Assembly (NCBI RefSeq): GCF_006345805.1
Contig: NC_043013.1
Coordinates: 16,306,001-16,370,000, forward strand
Length of the DNA: 64,000 nt
From: Octopus sinensis
Taxonomy: Eukaryota
Direction: 5' to 3'
Under the pieces are notes generated by a model that saw only the letters and a program-made list of their open reading frames with translations, was not told where the DNA came from and did no database searches. Within the stretch, counting starts at the first letter, position 1; the number at the start of each line of letters is the position of its first letter. The position numbers were made by a program, and so were the translations under genes. Below, piece by piece: positions 14,667 to 26,960 of this stretch.

Positions 14667-14757
14667 GGATAATGTGGGACCTGCGCAGGTTTCAGATTTT
14701 TCAAGATATGTCTGCCACCCATAAACTTGATCTATCTTCATCAGCCAAACATATACC
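14667..14757 (-). ncRNA. Type I hammerhead ribozyme motif, copy 2
   Basis: As copy 1 but stem III is the perfect palindrome CCTGCGCAGG; predicted cut between 14678 and 14677. Confidence 0.8.
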
Positions 14758-15583
14758 ACGACAACCTTTCAGATGTTACCACATTAATGCCATTACACTC
14801 GACTGAAACGCCGAAACGCTAACAGCACGAGAACGGTGAAGAAGTTTCAATAAATTAGTAATGCAATACTAGAGTATTGCTTTCCAGTAAAGAATAGCCC
14901 GTGAGGGAAAAATATACAATATATATATATATACGACGGGCTTCCTTCAGTTTCCGTCTACCAAATCCACTCATTAGGCTTTGGTTGGCCTGAGGCTATA
15001 GTAGAAGACACTTGTCCAAGGTACCATGCAGTGGGATTGAACCTGGAACCATGTGGTTCGGCAAGCAAGCCACTCCTACGCCATCTCATGTTTTTTTCTT
15101 CTGTTAAGAAACAAATGAAAGGTACAAACCTCTGTTTCTTCACCCAGTGGCGAAGCTAGGGTACCCAGGATGACCTCAAGTTTGCTGCCCACCCTACAGG
15201 TGTCCTTCAACTCTATATAAGCTTATAACAGCAGACCCAAAAGTGTCAGCCTTCACAATAAGACTGAACACAAAACCATGAGACTTTCAGAGGTGAATTT
15301 AAAGCACACAACCATGCTTGTACCAACTGCCATCACTCCAGGCTTGGTAAGATATAGTGCAGGTCAAATTGATGGTATCTACTACTTACCCTTTCCTCAA
15401 TTCATTAATGGCTTTATACCAAAAAATTAGAAAGCATTGTTCTTCTTATTATTATTATTATCAAGTACCAGTTGAGTACTGGGATAAGTGTAATCAACTA
15501 ACCCCTTCTCCAGAATTATAAGCCTTGTGCCTATATTAGAAAGGATTCTTCTTCTTCTTCTTCTTCTTCTTCTTCTTCTTCTG

Positions 15584-15628
<45 letters not shown>

Positions 15629-15718
15629 GTTATTGTTATCATCATATTTTAAAGGGATTTACGTAACTCTTCATGAAATTAACTAGGCAATACAAAGAGT
15701 GCCATGCAATTAAAATGG

Positions 15719-15885
15719 ATTGTTTACCAGTTTCAATGATTTCAACAGCTTGCCTCTCTTTTTCATGTTCAAAATGTAAAACGAACACAGAAATAAAAAA
15801 TTTCGAATTTCTGTGTTTCATTTTACATTTCGAACTTGAAAGAGACAGGCAAGCTGTTGAAATATCCTTCAAACCAATAAACAAT
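15719..15885. repeat. Long imperfect palindrome (MITE-like hairpin)
   Basis: atttcaacagcttgcct...acacagaaat / atttctgtgt...aggcaagctgttgaaat; opposite-strand ORFs give similar peptides. Confidence 0.8.
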
Positions 15886-15932
15886 CTATTTCAATTGCAT
15901 TGTGCTCTTCATATTAGCTGTTTCATTATTAA

Positions 15933-17002
15933 GAAGGCAGCAAGCTGGCAGAATCGTTAGCACACTGGGCGAAATGCTTAGCGGTATTTTGCCTGCTGTT
16001 ACATTTTGAGTTCAAATTCCGCCGAAGTCGACTTTGCCTTTCATCCTTTTGGGGTCGATAAATTAAGTACCAGTTACACACTGGAGTCGATGTAATCAAC
16101 TTAATCCGTTTGTCTGTCCTTGTTTGTCCCCTCTATGTTTAGCCCCTTGTAGGTAATAAAGAAACAGGTATTTTGCCTGTCCTCACATTCTGAGTTCAAA
16201 TTCTTCCAAGGTCAACTTTGCCTTTCATCATTTCAGGACTGATAAATTAAATACCAATGCAACACTCGACTTGATGTCATTGACTATTCCACTTCTCTCA
16301 AAATTTCAGGCTTTGTACCTATAGTAGAAAGGATTATTATTATTTGTTATCATTGAAGGTAGTGAGCTGGCAGAATTAGCACACCAGATGAAATACTCAG
16401 CAATACTTCATCTGTCTTTGCATCTTGAGGACAAATTCTGTTGAGGTCGACTTTCCCTTTCATCCTTTCAGAGTTGATAAATTAAGTACCAGTGAAACAT
16501 TGGGGTCGATGTAATCAACTAGACCCCTCCCCAAAAATTTTAGGGCATGTGCCTTTAGTAGAAAGGCAGAAACGTTAGCACACCGGGTGAAATGCTTAGC
16601 GGTATTGCATCTGTTTTTACGTTCTGAGTCCAAATTCCGCCGAGGTCAACTTCGCCTTTCATCCGTTTGGGGTCGATAAATTAAGTACCAGTTGTGTAGT
16701 GGAGTTGATTTAATCAACAGGTCCCATCCCCTAAAATTTTGGGCCTCGTGCCTAGAATAGAAAAGATTATTATTATTATTATTATTATTAAGATGGTGAG
16801 CTGGCAGAATCGTTAGCATGCTGGGTGAAATGCTTAGCAGTATTATGCTTGTTGCTACATTCTGAGTTCAAATTCCATCGAGGTCAACTTTACCTTTCAT
16901 CCTTTCGGGGTTGATAGATTAAGTACCATTTGAGTACTGGGTTCGATGTAACTGACCCATCCCCTCCCTCAAAATTGCTGCCCTGGTGACAAAATTTGAA
17001 AC

Positions 17003-17073
<71 letters not shown>

Positions 17074-17310
17074 TTATTGACAGTGGCAAGTTGGCAGAAT
17101 CCTTAGCCTGCAAGACAAAATTCTGAGCTGTATTTCAAAAGTCTTTGTATCTTGGGGTCAGATTCTGTCACGGTCAACTTTGCCTTTCATCCCTTCTCAG
17201 TCGATAAAATAAGTACCATTTGAGCACTGGGAGTCGATCTAATTGACTAGCTTCTTCCCCCAAATTTCCAGGCCTTATGTCTATAGCAGAAAGAATTATT
17301 GTTGTTGTTG
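15933..17310 (+). mobile_element. Head-to-tail array of about 6 family B SINEs separated by (ATT)n
   Basis: Repeated ctggcagaa...ttcaaattcc...cctttcatcc...aagtaccag units; equivalent minus-strand arrays at 5487-6080 and 6670-6900. Confidence 0.85.
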
Positions 17311-17789
17311 TTGTTGGATAGATCAATGTAATTGACTGTTGCCTTCTCCCCTCCTCTGAAGTACATGGCCTTATGACTGGTAATTTTTCCTAATGTAGTG
17401 TTTTGTAATATAAATCATTATTTGAAGTATTGCGTCATTTTATGATTTCTTTATTTGTGTCACTGAACTGTTGCAGAAACAACATGGAGTGCAACCAGAT
17501 TATTTAATATTTAATTCTTTTTTTTATTAAAGTGTCAAACAATATATCTCTACTCTTGAGGGAGAGAGAATGGGAAAGGAGAGAGAGGGAGAGGAGGAGA
17601 GACAGAGAGTGGAAAGAGAAGGGGAGAGACAGAGAATGGAGAGAGTGAGAGGGGAGAGAGAGAAAAGTGAGACAGAGGGCAAGAGAAAAGTTGGAGTGAG
17701 GGAGAAAGAATAAGAAGAGAGAGAGAGAGAGAGAGAGAGATTTGTTATTTGAAACAAGTGGTACTTTTTACTTGCAAAATATTTTATCC

Positions 17790-17992
17790 ACAGCATGAAG
17801 TTTTGTCAGTGAACAGGTCGCGGTCTCAAAGCAACGAAAATATTTTGACAAATTAAATTTAAATGTTGAAGTGAATCTAACGGTTTTTGTGTGTTTCTTA
17901 AATGGCTTATAAACACTTTCCACGCTGCAATTGTTTTCGTTCCAGCACACAATCTCAGATCAGGTCACTTGCTATGCAAGTACATCTCCGTA
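17790..17992. mobile_element. About 200-bp DNA-transposon end fragment; second copy at 49153-49352
   Basis: Two near-identical dispersed copies; ends ctccgta (TA-flanked, Tc1/mariner-like). Confidence 0.65.
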
Positions 17993-18431
17993 ATTTTATC
18001 CATATTCTAGTATTAAAAAAGAAAGAAACAAACAAAAAATTCTACTACTCTTTAGACCAATACTTCTCAAAATGAACTGATTCTACCTCTTGACCTCCAC
18101 TGGAAAATATTATATGGTGTCTGGTGACAAAGGTAGCTGTAGAGGTGAAAGATGCATTTGTACAATTTTTACGGTCTTTGTTTCCTCCTCATCATTTAAC
18201 GTCCAGTTTTCCATGCTTGCATAGATTAGATGTAACTCTTTCAGGCAAGTTTTTCCTAGGGTAGGGTTCCAACAGGATGCTCCTGCTGTTGCCAACCTTC
18301 ACTTGTTTCCAAGCAACATGATATTTCTCCTTGGATGGACATATTTTTGTAGAATATTGGAAGCGATTGACACCACTTGTGTGATGATGATTCTCATTTA
18401 CGACTATCATGCCATATTGAGAAGAGACACA

Positions 18432-18482
<51 letters not shown>

Positions 18483-18683
18483 CATTTGCAGCGGTGCTGA
18501 GCAGCATTGATGTCTCAGTAATTGCCCTTGTTCTTTTGGTTCACACTGCAGCACACTTTGTGTCATTCATGCAGTAACTACATCAAGCTGGGTGGTAACC
18601 AAACCAAACATAACCATTCCAGATCTGCGCCAAATATTTGATTTTCCTGTTCATTGTAGTTGTGGTTCCTTACTCTGAAGTTT

Positions 18684-18767
<84 letters not shown>

Positions 18768-19499
18768 CATTCGTTTGCATGTGACAGAAAATAAAGCAAA
18801 AATATTTCACAAATATAAAACGATAATATTTAATTAAAATGCTCTCCTTGCAAAGATGACATCATGTTACAGCTATTCATTCTCCTTGTAAACTTAAACT
18901 AATCTTTAAGAAATTTCCTTTGACTGACTATAAATTATTTGTATCAAATAACATCTCTCTCTCTCTCTCTCTCCCCATCTTCCTTTCTCTCTCTTCCTCT
19001 CTCTCTCTTTCTCCCCCTCCTTTCTCTCTCTTCCTCTCTCTCTCTTTCTCCCCCTCCTTTCTCTCTCTTCCTCTCTCTCTCTCACACATACATATACAGA
19101 CAGTATTATCATCATCATCATCCATTTTCCACGCTGGCACAGGCTGTGGTGTGGCTGTGTGGTAAGAAACTAGCTTCCCAACAACATGTTTCCAGGTTCA
19201 GTCCCTTGGATAGGTGTCTTCTACTATAGCCTCAGGCTGACCAAAACCTTGTGAGTGGATTTAGTAGACAGAAACTGAAAGAAGCTTGTTTTGTATGTAT
19301 ATGTGTATGTGTCTGTGTTTGTCCCCACTGCCATTGCTTGACAACTAATCCTGATGAGTTTATGTCCCTGTAATTAGCAGTTCAGCAAAAGAGACTGATA
19401 GAATAAGTACTAGGCTTACAAAGAATAAATTCTGGGGTCGATTTGCTCGACTTCAGCTGGATGAAATTAATGTTCACCTCTGCAAGATTTTGAACTTAA

Positions 19500-20345
19500 A
19501 ACTAAAAAGCTCAAACAAATACCATGAAGCATTCTCTTCTGATGCTCTGATGATCCTGCCAGTTCATTTCCTTTAATCATGCATGTCAACAACAAAATGA
19601 AACCATTGATCATGTTGTCTCCATGTGCAGTCTTCTTGCACCTACAGAGTATCTTAATAGGCATGATAGAGCAGCACAATATATTCACTGGGTAATTTGC
19701 AAAATCCTGCCCCATGATAAAAACTGGTGGGAACACAAACCAACTCCAGTGCTTGAAATTGATCACATCTCAATCCTCTGGAACTTCACCATTCAAACTG
19801 ACAGAAGGATAATTGTGAATAGGCCAGACATTATATTGAAAGACTTCAGACAAAAATCATGTCTCTTCATTGATATGACTGTCCCAATTAACATAAATGT
19901 GTCTGTCAAGACCTACCAAAAACTGAGCAAGTAAAAAGATCTTGAAATAGAATTTATGCAAAATGTGGAACCTCAAATCTAAAGCAATACCTGTTGTCAT
20001 AGGTGCTCTAGGAATGATAGCAAAAGGGAACTGATTGCTATCTAGCTCAGATACCAGGAAACCCCAAAATTGTAGAAATTCAAAAGATAATACTCATGGG
20101 AACTGCCCATATCCTATGTAAAATACTGTCTATGTAATCCCAAATTTTGAAACAAACTCATAATTTTCTTATGTTTCCTTAAACATTCTTTAGAACAACA
20201 CCATGTATAAAACCAAATATATGGCACCCTAGGCATAACACCAACAGGAACTTCTAGCTTGTTGTCTCTTGAGGTCTCTGGGTGAGGCTTGGAGCCAACT
20301 TTACAAATATAAAGCAAAAGTCAAACATATAATGATAATAATAAT
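19500..20345 (+). mobile_element. 5'-truncated RLE-type LINE (Dong/R4-like), 3' end
   Basis: RHD motif, W.F.IQTDR, NRPDII, IDM.VP, K..KY.DL, IPVVIGALG of the restriction-like endonuclease; (TAA)n tail. Confidence 0.85.
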
Positions 20346-21399
20346 AGCAGTTTCAAATTTTGGCGTATGACCAGCAATTACATCGACCCCAGTATTTAAC
20401 TGGTACTTATTTTATCATCCTCAAGAAGAAAAGTGGCAGTTGACCTTGGTAAAATTTGAGCTTAGAATGTGAAGACAGATGAAATGCAACTAAGCATTTT
20501 GTTTGGTGTACTAATGTCTCTGCCAGCTCACTACCTTAATAATAGTAATGTAATAATGATAATAATCATACCCACTAAAAGTTATTCGCACCTCTACCAC
20601 CTACTACTACTACTACTACAATTTCTACTTTTACTATTGGTTATATGGTGGAGGTTGGTGTGCGATGTACAATGGTTCAGAAGGACAGTTAATGTGTTGC
20701 AAGAACAAAGTGTGTCTTGGAAATTATCCAAGGCATTCTGTGGTTTTGCTGTATTTTGGTAGATTTTAGTCTATTTCTGGAGGTTTTTGGGTCAGTTTAC
20801 CAAATTCTTGCTATGTTCCAATAATATATGAGAGGTATTTTAATGCTGTATATATGGTGGTATTTTAATCTTTAGGAGGTGTAAAGTGAGTTAGTGATGA
20901 TGAAATTACACCTTCACCAATAAACGTGCTAATCACATACATTGCTTATAAAAGAGAATAAACTGTAAGATCACCCTACCTGCCTGGCTGCATGTATGTC
21001 TTTAGACTTCCACACACACACTAGTATCTCTTTGTCTTATTTCCATACAGGAAACAACCTCTTTCTCCACTTCTCTTTCTCTTTTATTCTTACATGTCTC
21101 TATCTTCCACACATACATATACTTCTCTTTCTCTTTTATTCTTACATGTCTCTATCTTCCACACATACATATACTTCTCTTTCTTTCTTTCTGTATCCCA
21201 CTCTCTAACTCTTTCTCTCTTTCCTCCTCACTCTTCTTATAGTTCCCTACATAACTGCATACTCCAACCTTTCTACATTTACACATTATAAACTCCATCC
21301 ATATCCTGTAGCCTCCCACCCTAATCAAGGACCTACTTTCCTACCGTCCACCTCTTGACCTGGTGCATTCAACTCCTGCTTCCATCCATCCTTACCCAC

Positions 21400-21810
21400 C
21401 AATTCACTTACTTACTCTCCAGTGCAGTCTCTTACTCTCCAATCTTCCCAGTTACTCTTTAATCCACCCTCTTATTCTCTAGTGTATCCTCCGACTCTCT
21501 AAATCCCCTCAGTTACTTTCCAAATCACCCTGTTGCTCTCCAGTGTATCCTCCAGTGTAAGAAAGAGGATTAATCCTCCTTCTTATTCTTTAATCCTCCT
21601 CCTTATTCTTTAGTGTATCCTCTGACTCTCTAATCCTCTCAATTACTTTTCACTCCACCCTGTTACTTTCCAGGGTATCCTCTTACTCTCCAACCTTCCT
21701 GGTTACTTTCTAATCCACTTGGTTACCCTTTAATCCCCTCCATTACACTCTTCTCCTCCCTATTCCTTCCCAAAGCACTCTGATTTTATCCTAATCCACC
21801 CTGTTACAAA
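21400..21810. repeat. Degenerate pyrimidine-rich minisatellite
   Basis: Recurring ttactctccag/ttactttc/aatcc motifs at about 20-bp spacing. Confidence 0.7.
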
Positions 21811-21889
21811 CACATATTCTTATTCCAAATTTTTCACAAGATTTTTGCCATTTTATTAAAGACAATTTTCAATTTGTACTACTTTACAG

Positions 21890-21979
21890 GGAGTACCAAA
21901 ACCATTCACAGAAGTAATCCGAGCCAATATTGGTGACTGCCATGCGACAGGACAAAGCCCAATTAAATTTCTACGACAA
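21890..21979 (+). CDS. GPT: Alanine aminotransferase, first coding exon seen in window ([30 protein letters not shown])
   Basis: tttacag acceptor, gtaagt donor, phase 0/0; matches the ALT motif [13 protein letters not shown]...GQ.PI.FLRQ. Confidence 0.96.
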
Positions 21980-22167
21980 GTAAGTAATTTGCTAAATATT
22001 TAACCAATAAAGATTAGATCTTATGACACCAGATTGCTTCTCTTTTTTTGTTTGTTAGAGTGTTTTTTGTTTTACAAGGATTATACATTATTAGAATTGG
22101 AAGGAGTTAAAATTTCACCTTAAAAGTAAAAGGGAATATAACAGTGTGTGTGTGTGTGTGTGTGTGT

Positions 22168-22860
22168 TTAACTCTTTCAATAACAACCAAACTGAGGCCC
22201 CTGCTGGTTCTTCCTTTTGATACCAACCCACCTGAGGCTGCCCTAGGTTCTGTGACATAAATTTACTGTTTCAAAGTGGTCTAAATTATAATCTTCCATC
22301 ATAATTTTATGTAAATTTGTTCCAGACCTCAGCTTAATAACGAGAAAGTCATTTTATTAAATACCTCATTTATTTTAAAAATCATTTGAAACAAAGGCAG
22401 CATATGTTGACAGAAATATGGTAACTAAAGGATTAAAATGATCTAAACGAAAACCTTCCACCAAAATCTTCATGTTAATTTGTATCGTAACCTTTTTGAT
22501 ACCAACTCAGCTGAAACCATCTCTAGCTCTGTCTTGTTTTCAAAAGTTCTGAGTGGTTGGCATTAGGAAGGGCGTCCAGCTGTAGAAACACCTCCAGATC
22601 AGACTGGAGCCTGGTGCAGCCTCCTGGCTTCCCAGACCCTAGTCAAACCGTCCAACCCATGCTAGCATGGAAAACCGACGTTAAAGGATGATGGTGATGA
22701 TGCTGAAACACAGAATATCTCAACAGAAATATGGTAACAAAAGGGTTAAACACCAGCTCAGCAACGACAAAGTTATTTTTCTAAATTTTTGAATATTTTC
22801 AAAATTGATTAAAAGAAAGGCAGTGTATTTTGCCAGAAATATGGTAACAACAGGGTTAAT
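22168..22860. mobile_element. Cluster of piggyBac-like (TTAA-CCCTTT...AAAGGG-TTAA) MITE copies
   Basis: Repeated taacc(c)ttttgataccaac starts and gaaatatggtaacaaaagggttaa ends; same family at 49480-50200 and 57473-57691. Confidence 0.6.
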
Positions 22861-23826
22861 GGACAAAATGACTCTACACAATGCTGTAAATAGTTTTAGT
22901 AATACCAATAATCAATCTCAGTTTAAATCGCTTGCCAAACTAGTGCCACTTTAGAATTTATGAGATATGGCAAAGTATAGTGTCTGTGACCTGGTCCTGG
23001 AGGTTTGGTCAATGACTTTGATGCCAAAATATTTGGTTTTTTTCTTTGCTAACATCATCCCACTTCTGTGCAAGGTTCTTATCTGACATATATGTATAGT
23101 GATGTGAGCAAGACGGTACCCCCAACCTGCATCATTAAGCATGTATTGCATTGACTAATGACTAAACATTTATTGCAATAACTAAACATATATCACAATG
23201 ACTAAGCATATGTAACAGTTACGATTGACTGAACATATTGCAGTGACTAATGACTAAGCATATGTTATAGTGACTAATGATTAAACATATATTGCAATGA
23301 CTAAAATTGCAGTGTTTAATGACTAAACATATATCGCTTTTTTGTTTCTTTATAAAATTCCTTGATTAAAAATGTTAATACTTAATTGGTGGATTGATCA
23401 GCAGAATTGTTAGAGAATCAGACCAATTTCTTTGCAGTAATTCCATTTTTTAGCATTTTGAGTACAAACTCTACTGAGGTCAGCTTTGTCTGTCATCATT
23501 CAAGTATTGATAAATAAAGTACCTGTGAAATACTGGGGTCATTTCTTTCTCTCTATCTTAGAATTAACTATATATTGCACTTTGAGAGGATCTTAGGGCT
23601 TTTTCATTCCTAAATTTGAAGAAACGTTGTTGAGAGACTTCTTCTCATTAACATTCTATAAAAACCATTCTAAGAAACCTTAGAACATGTTGAACATGGA
23701 TAGACTCATGTTGTGTGGCATGAAACAGTTAAAAACAAGAAAAGAAACACCCAAAAATATTTATGTATTGTTATATTGCTTATCCTTCTCTTTTTTTTTT
23801 TCTTTTTTGTTCCCTCCTCCACCCAG

Positions 23827-23935
23827 GTTGTGACCCTTTGTGTTTTCCCTGATTTGATGACTGAACCTAATTTTCCGTCTGATGCTAAAGACAGGGCTCA
23901 ACGAATTCTCAATGACTGTGGAGGCAAGAGTGTGG
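23827..23935 (+). CDS. GPT: Alanine aminotransferase exon (VVTLCVFPDLMTEPNFPSDAKDRAQRILNDCGGKSV-G)
   Basis: Polypyrimidine tract + ccag, gtaagt donor; 109 nt, phase 0/1; ALT FP.DAK.RA.RIL..CGG.S.G motif; inside ORF 23713..23943. Confidence 0.96.
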
Positions 23936-25229
23936 GTAAGTGATCAACATTAAGCTGTTTCAAATAGGGGTTGTTGTCAATCACTGTACCTCAAGGAGTA
24001 TCTAACATGTGCACTGCAGATTTTTGAAGGCTTTAATAAATCTATACTAATACTTGGACATCATCATCATCATTGTCATCATCATCGTTATCACCACCAC
24101 CACCATCATCATCATCATTTAATGTCTGCTTTCCATTCTGTCACAGGTTGGGCAATTTGACAGGATTTGATGAGTTGGAGAACTTGTCATGCTCCAACAT
24201 CTTTCAGAATTTTGGTGTCACCCCTAACAAAAGTAGTGTAAACACGTGCAAACACACAGTACACACAATGCCACCTGTGGTTTTGCAGTGAACCAGACTG
24301 GTGGCCTCAGGGGTTCCAGTTTCCCCCATGTAATTTATGCGGATTAAAAGAGGTACCAGACCAATAGCTGCTGAAAAATTGATGGTCTGCTTGTATGCAA
24401 AGTTGGTATTTAGAATATAACAAGAACCATGTATATTGGTATACTAAGAGTTTGAAACACAACACAATCTAAATGTTCTTAAAACCAAGATAGAATTTTG
24501 ATAGTTTTAAATTGAGAACATTTTGAACAAGGATCCTGTGGAAAACTTTATATAAGTTTAAACACATTAATACCAATGGCTTCATACAAGCCAGTACCAA
24601 AACGGTTAACTTTATGCCATTTACTATCAGCCATCATTACCTCACCCAACATATAAGACCACCTAAAAGTTAGGTGCCACTGTTTTCATTCAGTTTGTTT
24701 GCTTGTTTACTTGCTTAGTTGTTTCTTTTGGAAATTCAGAAAATGCTGAAGCTAGGAAGTTTAGATTATATTATCAATGATTACTAAAGAAAATGATTTA
24801 GATCAACTGTCTGTTGTTGCTATTCCATTCACAATCTTTTTTTTATTAGCAAGGTATTTTTCATATTAAGTATTTGACCTAGATTTATTTACTTTATGAC
24901 CTACTTTTACATAATGTATGACACAGAAAAATTCATTGTCTGCTGGGTGGAGAATCATAAATTATATATTTAAAAATGAAAATCTGGTACTACAAACAAA
25001 ATAGAATAGAAATATGTTTACATGCATGTATATGTAGCAACTCAAACTGTAGGATCATATAGCGACAGTGGTTGTATAATGTGTTACAGAGCTATGAAGT
25101 AACTGGTTGTGAAATATATTGTAGGTTCATATAGTGACAGTGGCTGTATAATATATTGTAGATTCATATGGTGGAAGTGGCTGTATATATTGTAGAGCAA
25201 TATATTGATGGTGGTTGTATTGTGTATTT

Positions 25230-25462
25230 AAGGCGGCGAGCTGGCAGAAACGTTTGTACGCCGGGCGAAATGCGTAGCCGTATTTCACCTGCTGCTACAT
25301 TCTGAGTTCAAATTCCGCCAAGGTCGACTTTGCCTTTCATCCTTTCGAGGTTGATAAATTAAGTACCAGTTATGCACCGGGGTCGGTGTAATCGACTTAA
25401 CCCCTTTGTCTGTCCTTGTTTGTCCCTTCTGTGTTTAGCCCCTTGTGGGTAGTAAAGAAATA
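25230..25462 (+). mobile_element. tRNA-derived SINE family B with Tx1-like tail and 14-bp target-site duplication
   Basis: Head ggcggcgagctggcagaa..gagttcaaattcc; body gcctttcatcctttcggggtcgataaattaagtaccag; TSD tgtattgtgtattt at 25216-25229 and 25463-25476. Confidence 0.9.
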
Positions 25463-25976
25463 TGTATTGTGTATTTTAGGGTCATATAATGAGAGTGGTT
25501 GTATAACATATTGTATGATCATATAGTGACAATGGTTGTATACAGTATTATTGTGGGATCATATAATGACTTGCTATATAATGCATTGTAGAATTACATA
25601 GTGACAAAGGCTGTATAATGTATTGTAGGGTCACATAACAATTGTAGCTACATAATGTCTTATTGGACCACATAGTGACAGTGATTGTATAGCATATTGT
25701 AGAACAATATAATGATGGACAGTGGTTGTGTAGTGTATTGTAGAGCTATATAATCACAGTGATAGTATAATATATTATTGTGAGGTCATATAGTGACAGT
25801 GGTTGTATAATGTATTGTAGGATTGTATAGCAACTATGTTGTATAATATATTGTTGGTTACATATAATGACAGTAGTTGTATAATATATTATTGTAGGAT
25901 CTTATAGTGACAATAGTTGTATAATGCATTGAAGGACCACAGTGATTATATAAAGTAATAGCAATAGTTATTATAT

Positions 25977-26398
25977 ACTCTTTACTCTTTTTACTCTTTT
26001 GCTTGTTTCACTCATTTGACTGTGGCCATGCTTGAGCACCGCCTTCAGTCGAGCAAATCGACCCCAGGACTTATTCTTTGGAAGCCTAGTACTTATTCTA
26101 TCGGTCTCTTTTGTTGAACCGCTAAATTATGGGACGTAAACACATCAGTAATTGGTTGTCAAGCAATGTTGGTGGGGACAAACACAGACACAAATATATA
26201 TGCACCCACATATATATATATATATACATATATACGACGGGCTTCTTTCAGTTTCCATCTACCAAATCCACTCATAAGGCTTTGGTCGGCCTGAGGCTAT
26301 AGTAGAAGACACTTACCCAAGGTGCCATGCAGTGGGACTGAACCCGGAACCATGTGGTTGGTAAGCAACCTACTTCCCACACAGCCACTCCTACGCCT
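25977..26398 (-). mobile_element. SINE family A, full-length copy interrupting the splice-acceptor minisatellite
   Basis: End-to-end similar to 3622-4023. Confidence 0.9.
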
Positions 26399-26546
26399 AT
26401 ATATAGTGTAATGTAAGACCATATAGCAACAGAGCTAGTATACTGTAGTTTTATAATGTATTGTAGGGTCTTATGGTGACAGAGGTTGTATAATATATTA
26501 TTGTAGGATCATATTGTGACAATGGTTGTATAATGTATTTTTGTAG

Positions 26547-26677
26547 GAGCATATAGTGACAGTGCTGGCTTAATGGTTGTGAGAAAAGATATTGCAGATT
26601 TCATTTCCAAACGTGATGGACAGCCTGCATCCTTTGAGAACGTCTACCTTTCCACAGGGGCCAGCGATGGTATTAAG
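26547..26677 (+). CDS. GPT: Alanine aminotransferase exon (G-AYSDSAGLMVVRKDIADFISKRDGQPASFENVYLSTGASDGIK)
   Basis: tttttgtag acceptor, gtatga donor; 131 nt, phase 1/0; GAYS.S.G and LSTGASD motifs. Confidence 0.96.
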
Positions 26678-26779
26678 GTATGATTTTTTAAAAACCCTTC
26701 CTTCATCTTTTGTGACCATATCTCAAATGAAATCCACTGCATTCTCATGTTTAATTTAATTTTTAATGCGCCAATAAGG

Positions 26780-26960
26780 AAACCTCAAAATCAATGAGGG
26801 AGACTAAAGGCCAGTTTGGGAACCTCAAGATCAATGAAGGTGCCCTAAAGCCAATGAAAGAAACTCAAGTCAATGAGAGAGATTCAAGACCAATGAAGGA
26901 GACTAAAGTCAATGAGGGTGACTCAAATCAATGTTGGCGGCTCAAGGCCAATGTGAGAGC
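26780..26960. repeat. Degenerate 20-bp minisatellite
   Basis: Recurring aaggccaatga(g/a)ggagact units. Confidence 0.75.

Larger units (their letters stand above)
14049..14919 (-). mobile_element. 432-bp tandem dimer, candidate non-LTR retrozyme, inserted in the (TA)n tract of a SINE
   Basis: tacaa repeats at 14051, 14483, 14915 (period 432); about 5 substitutions between units by eye; one hammerhead motif per unit; (TA)n on both sides. Confidence 0.75.
25048..26564 (+). repeat. Degenerate 37-40 bp minisatellite derived from the GPT 3' splice site
   Basis: Unit gtataatrtattgtag|gatcatatagtgacagtggtt; last unit is the true acceptor and exon start ttgtag|GAGCATATAGTGACAGTG. Confidence 0.9.

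Noticed and set aside
14136-14759. Duplicated 63-aa minus-strand ORFs (14136..14327, 14568..14759)
   Set aside because: Non-ATG start, no recognisable motif; the sequence is better explained by the ribozyme structure
17476-17507. ttgcag followed by ATGGAGTGC as a candidate first GPT exon
   Set aside because: Stop codon after 7 codons; no ALT similarity or donor site
25048-26546. CRISPR-like array or cassette of mutually exclusive microexons
   Set aside because: Units are contiguous and degenerate with no unique spacers or cas genes; implied introns of about 20 nt and weak gttgta donors make microexons implausible
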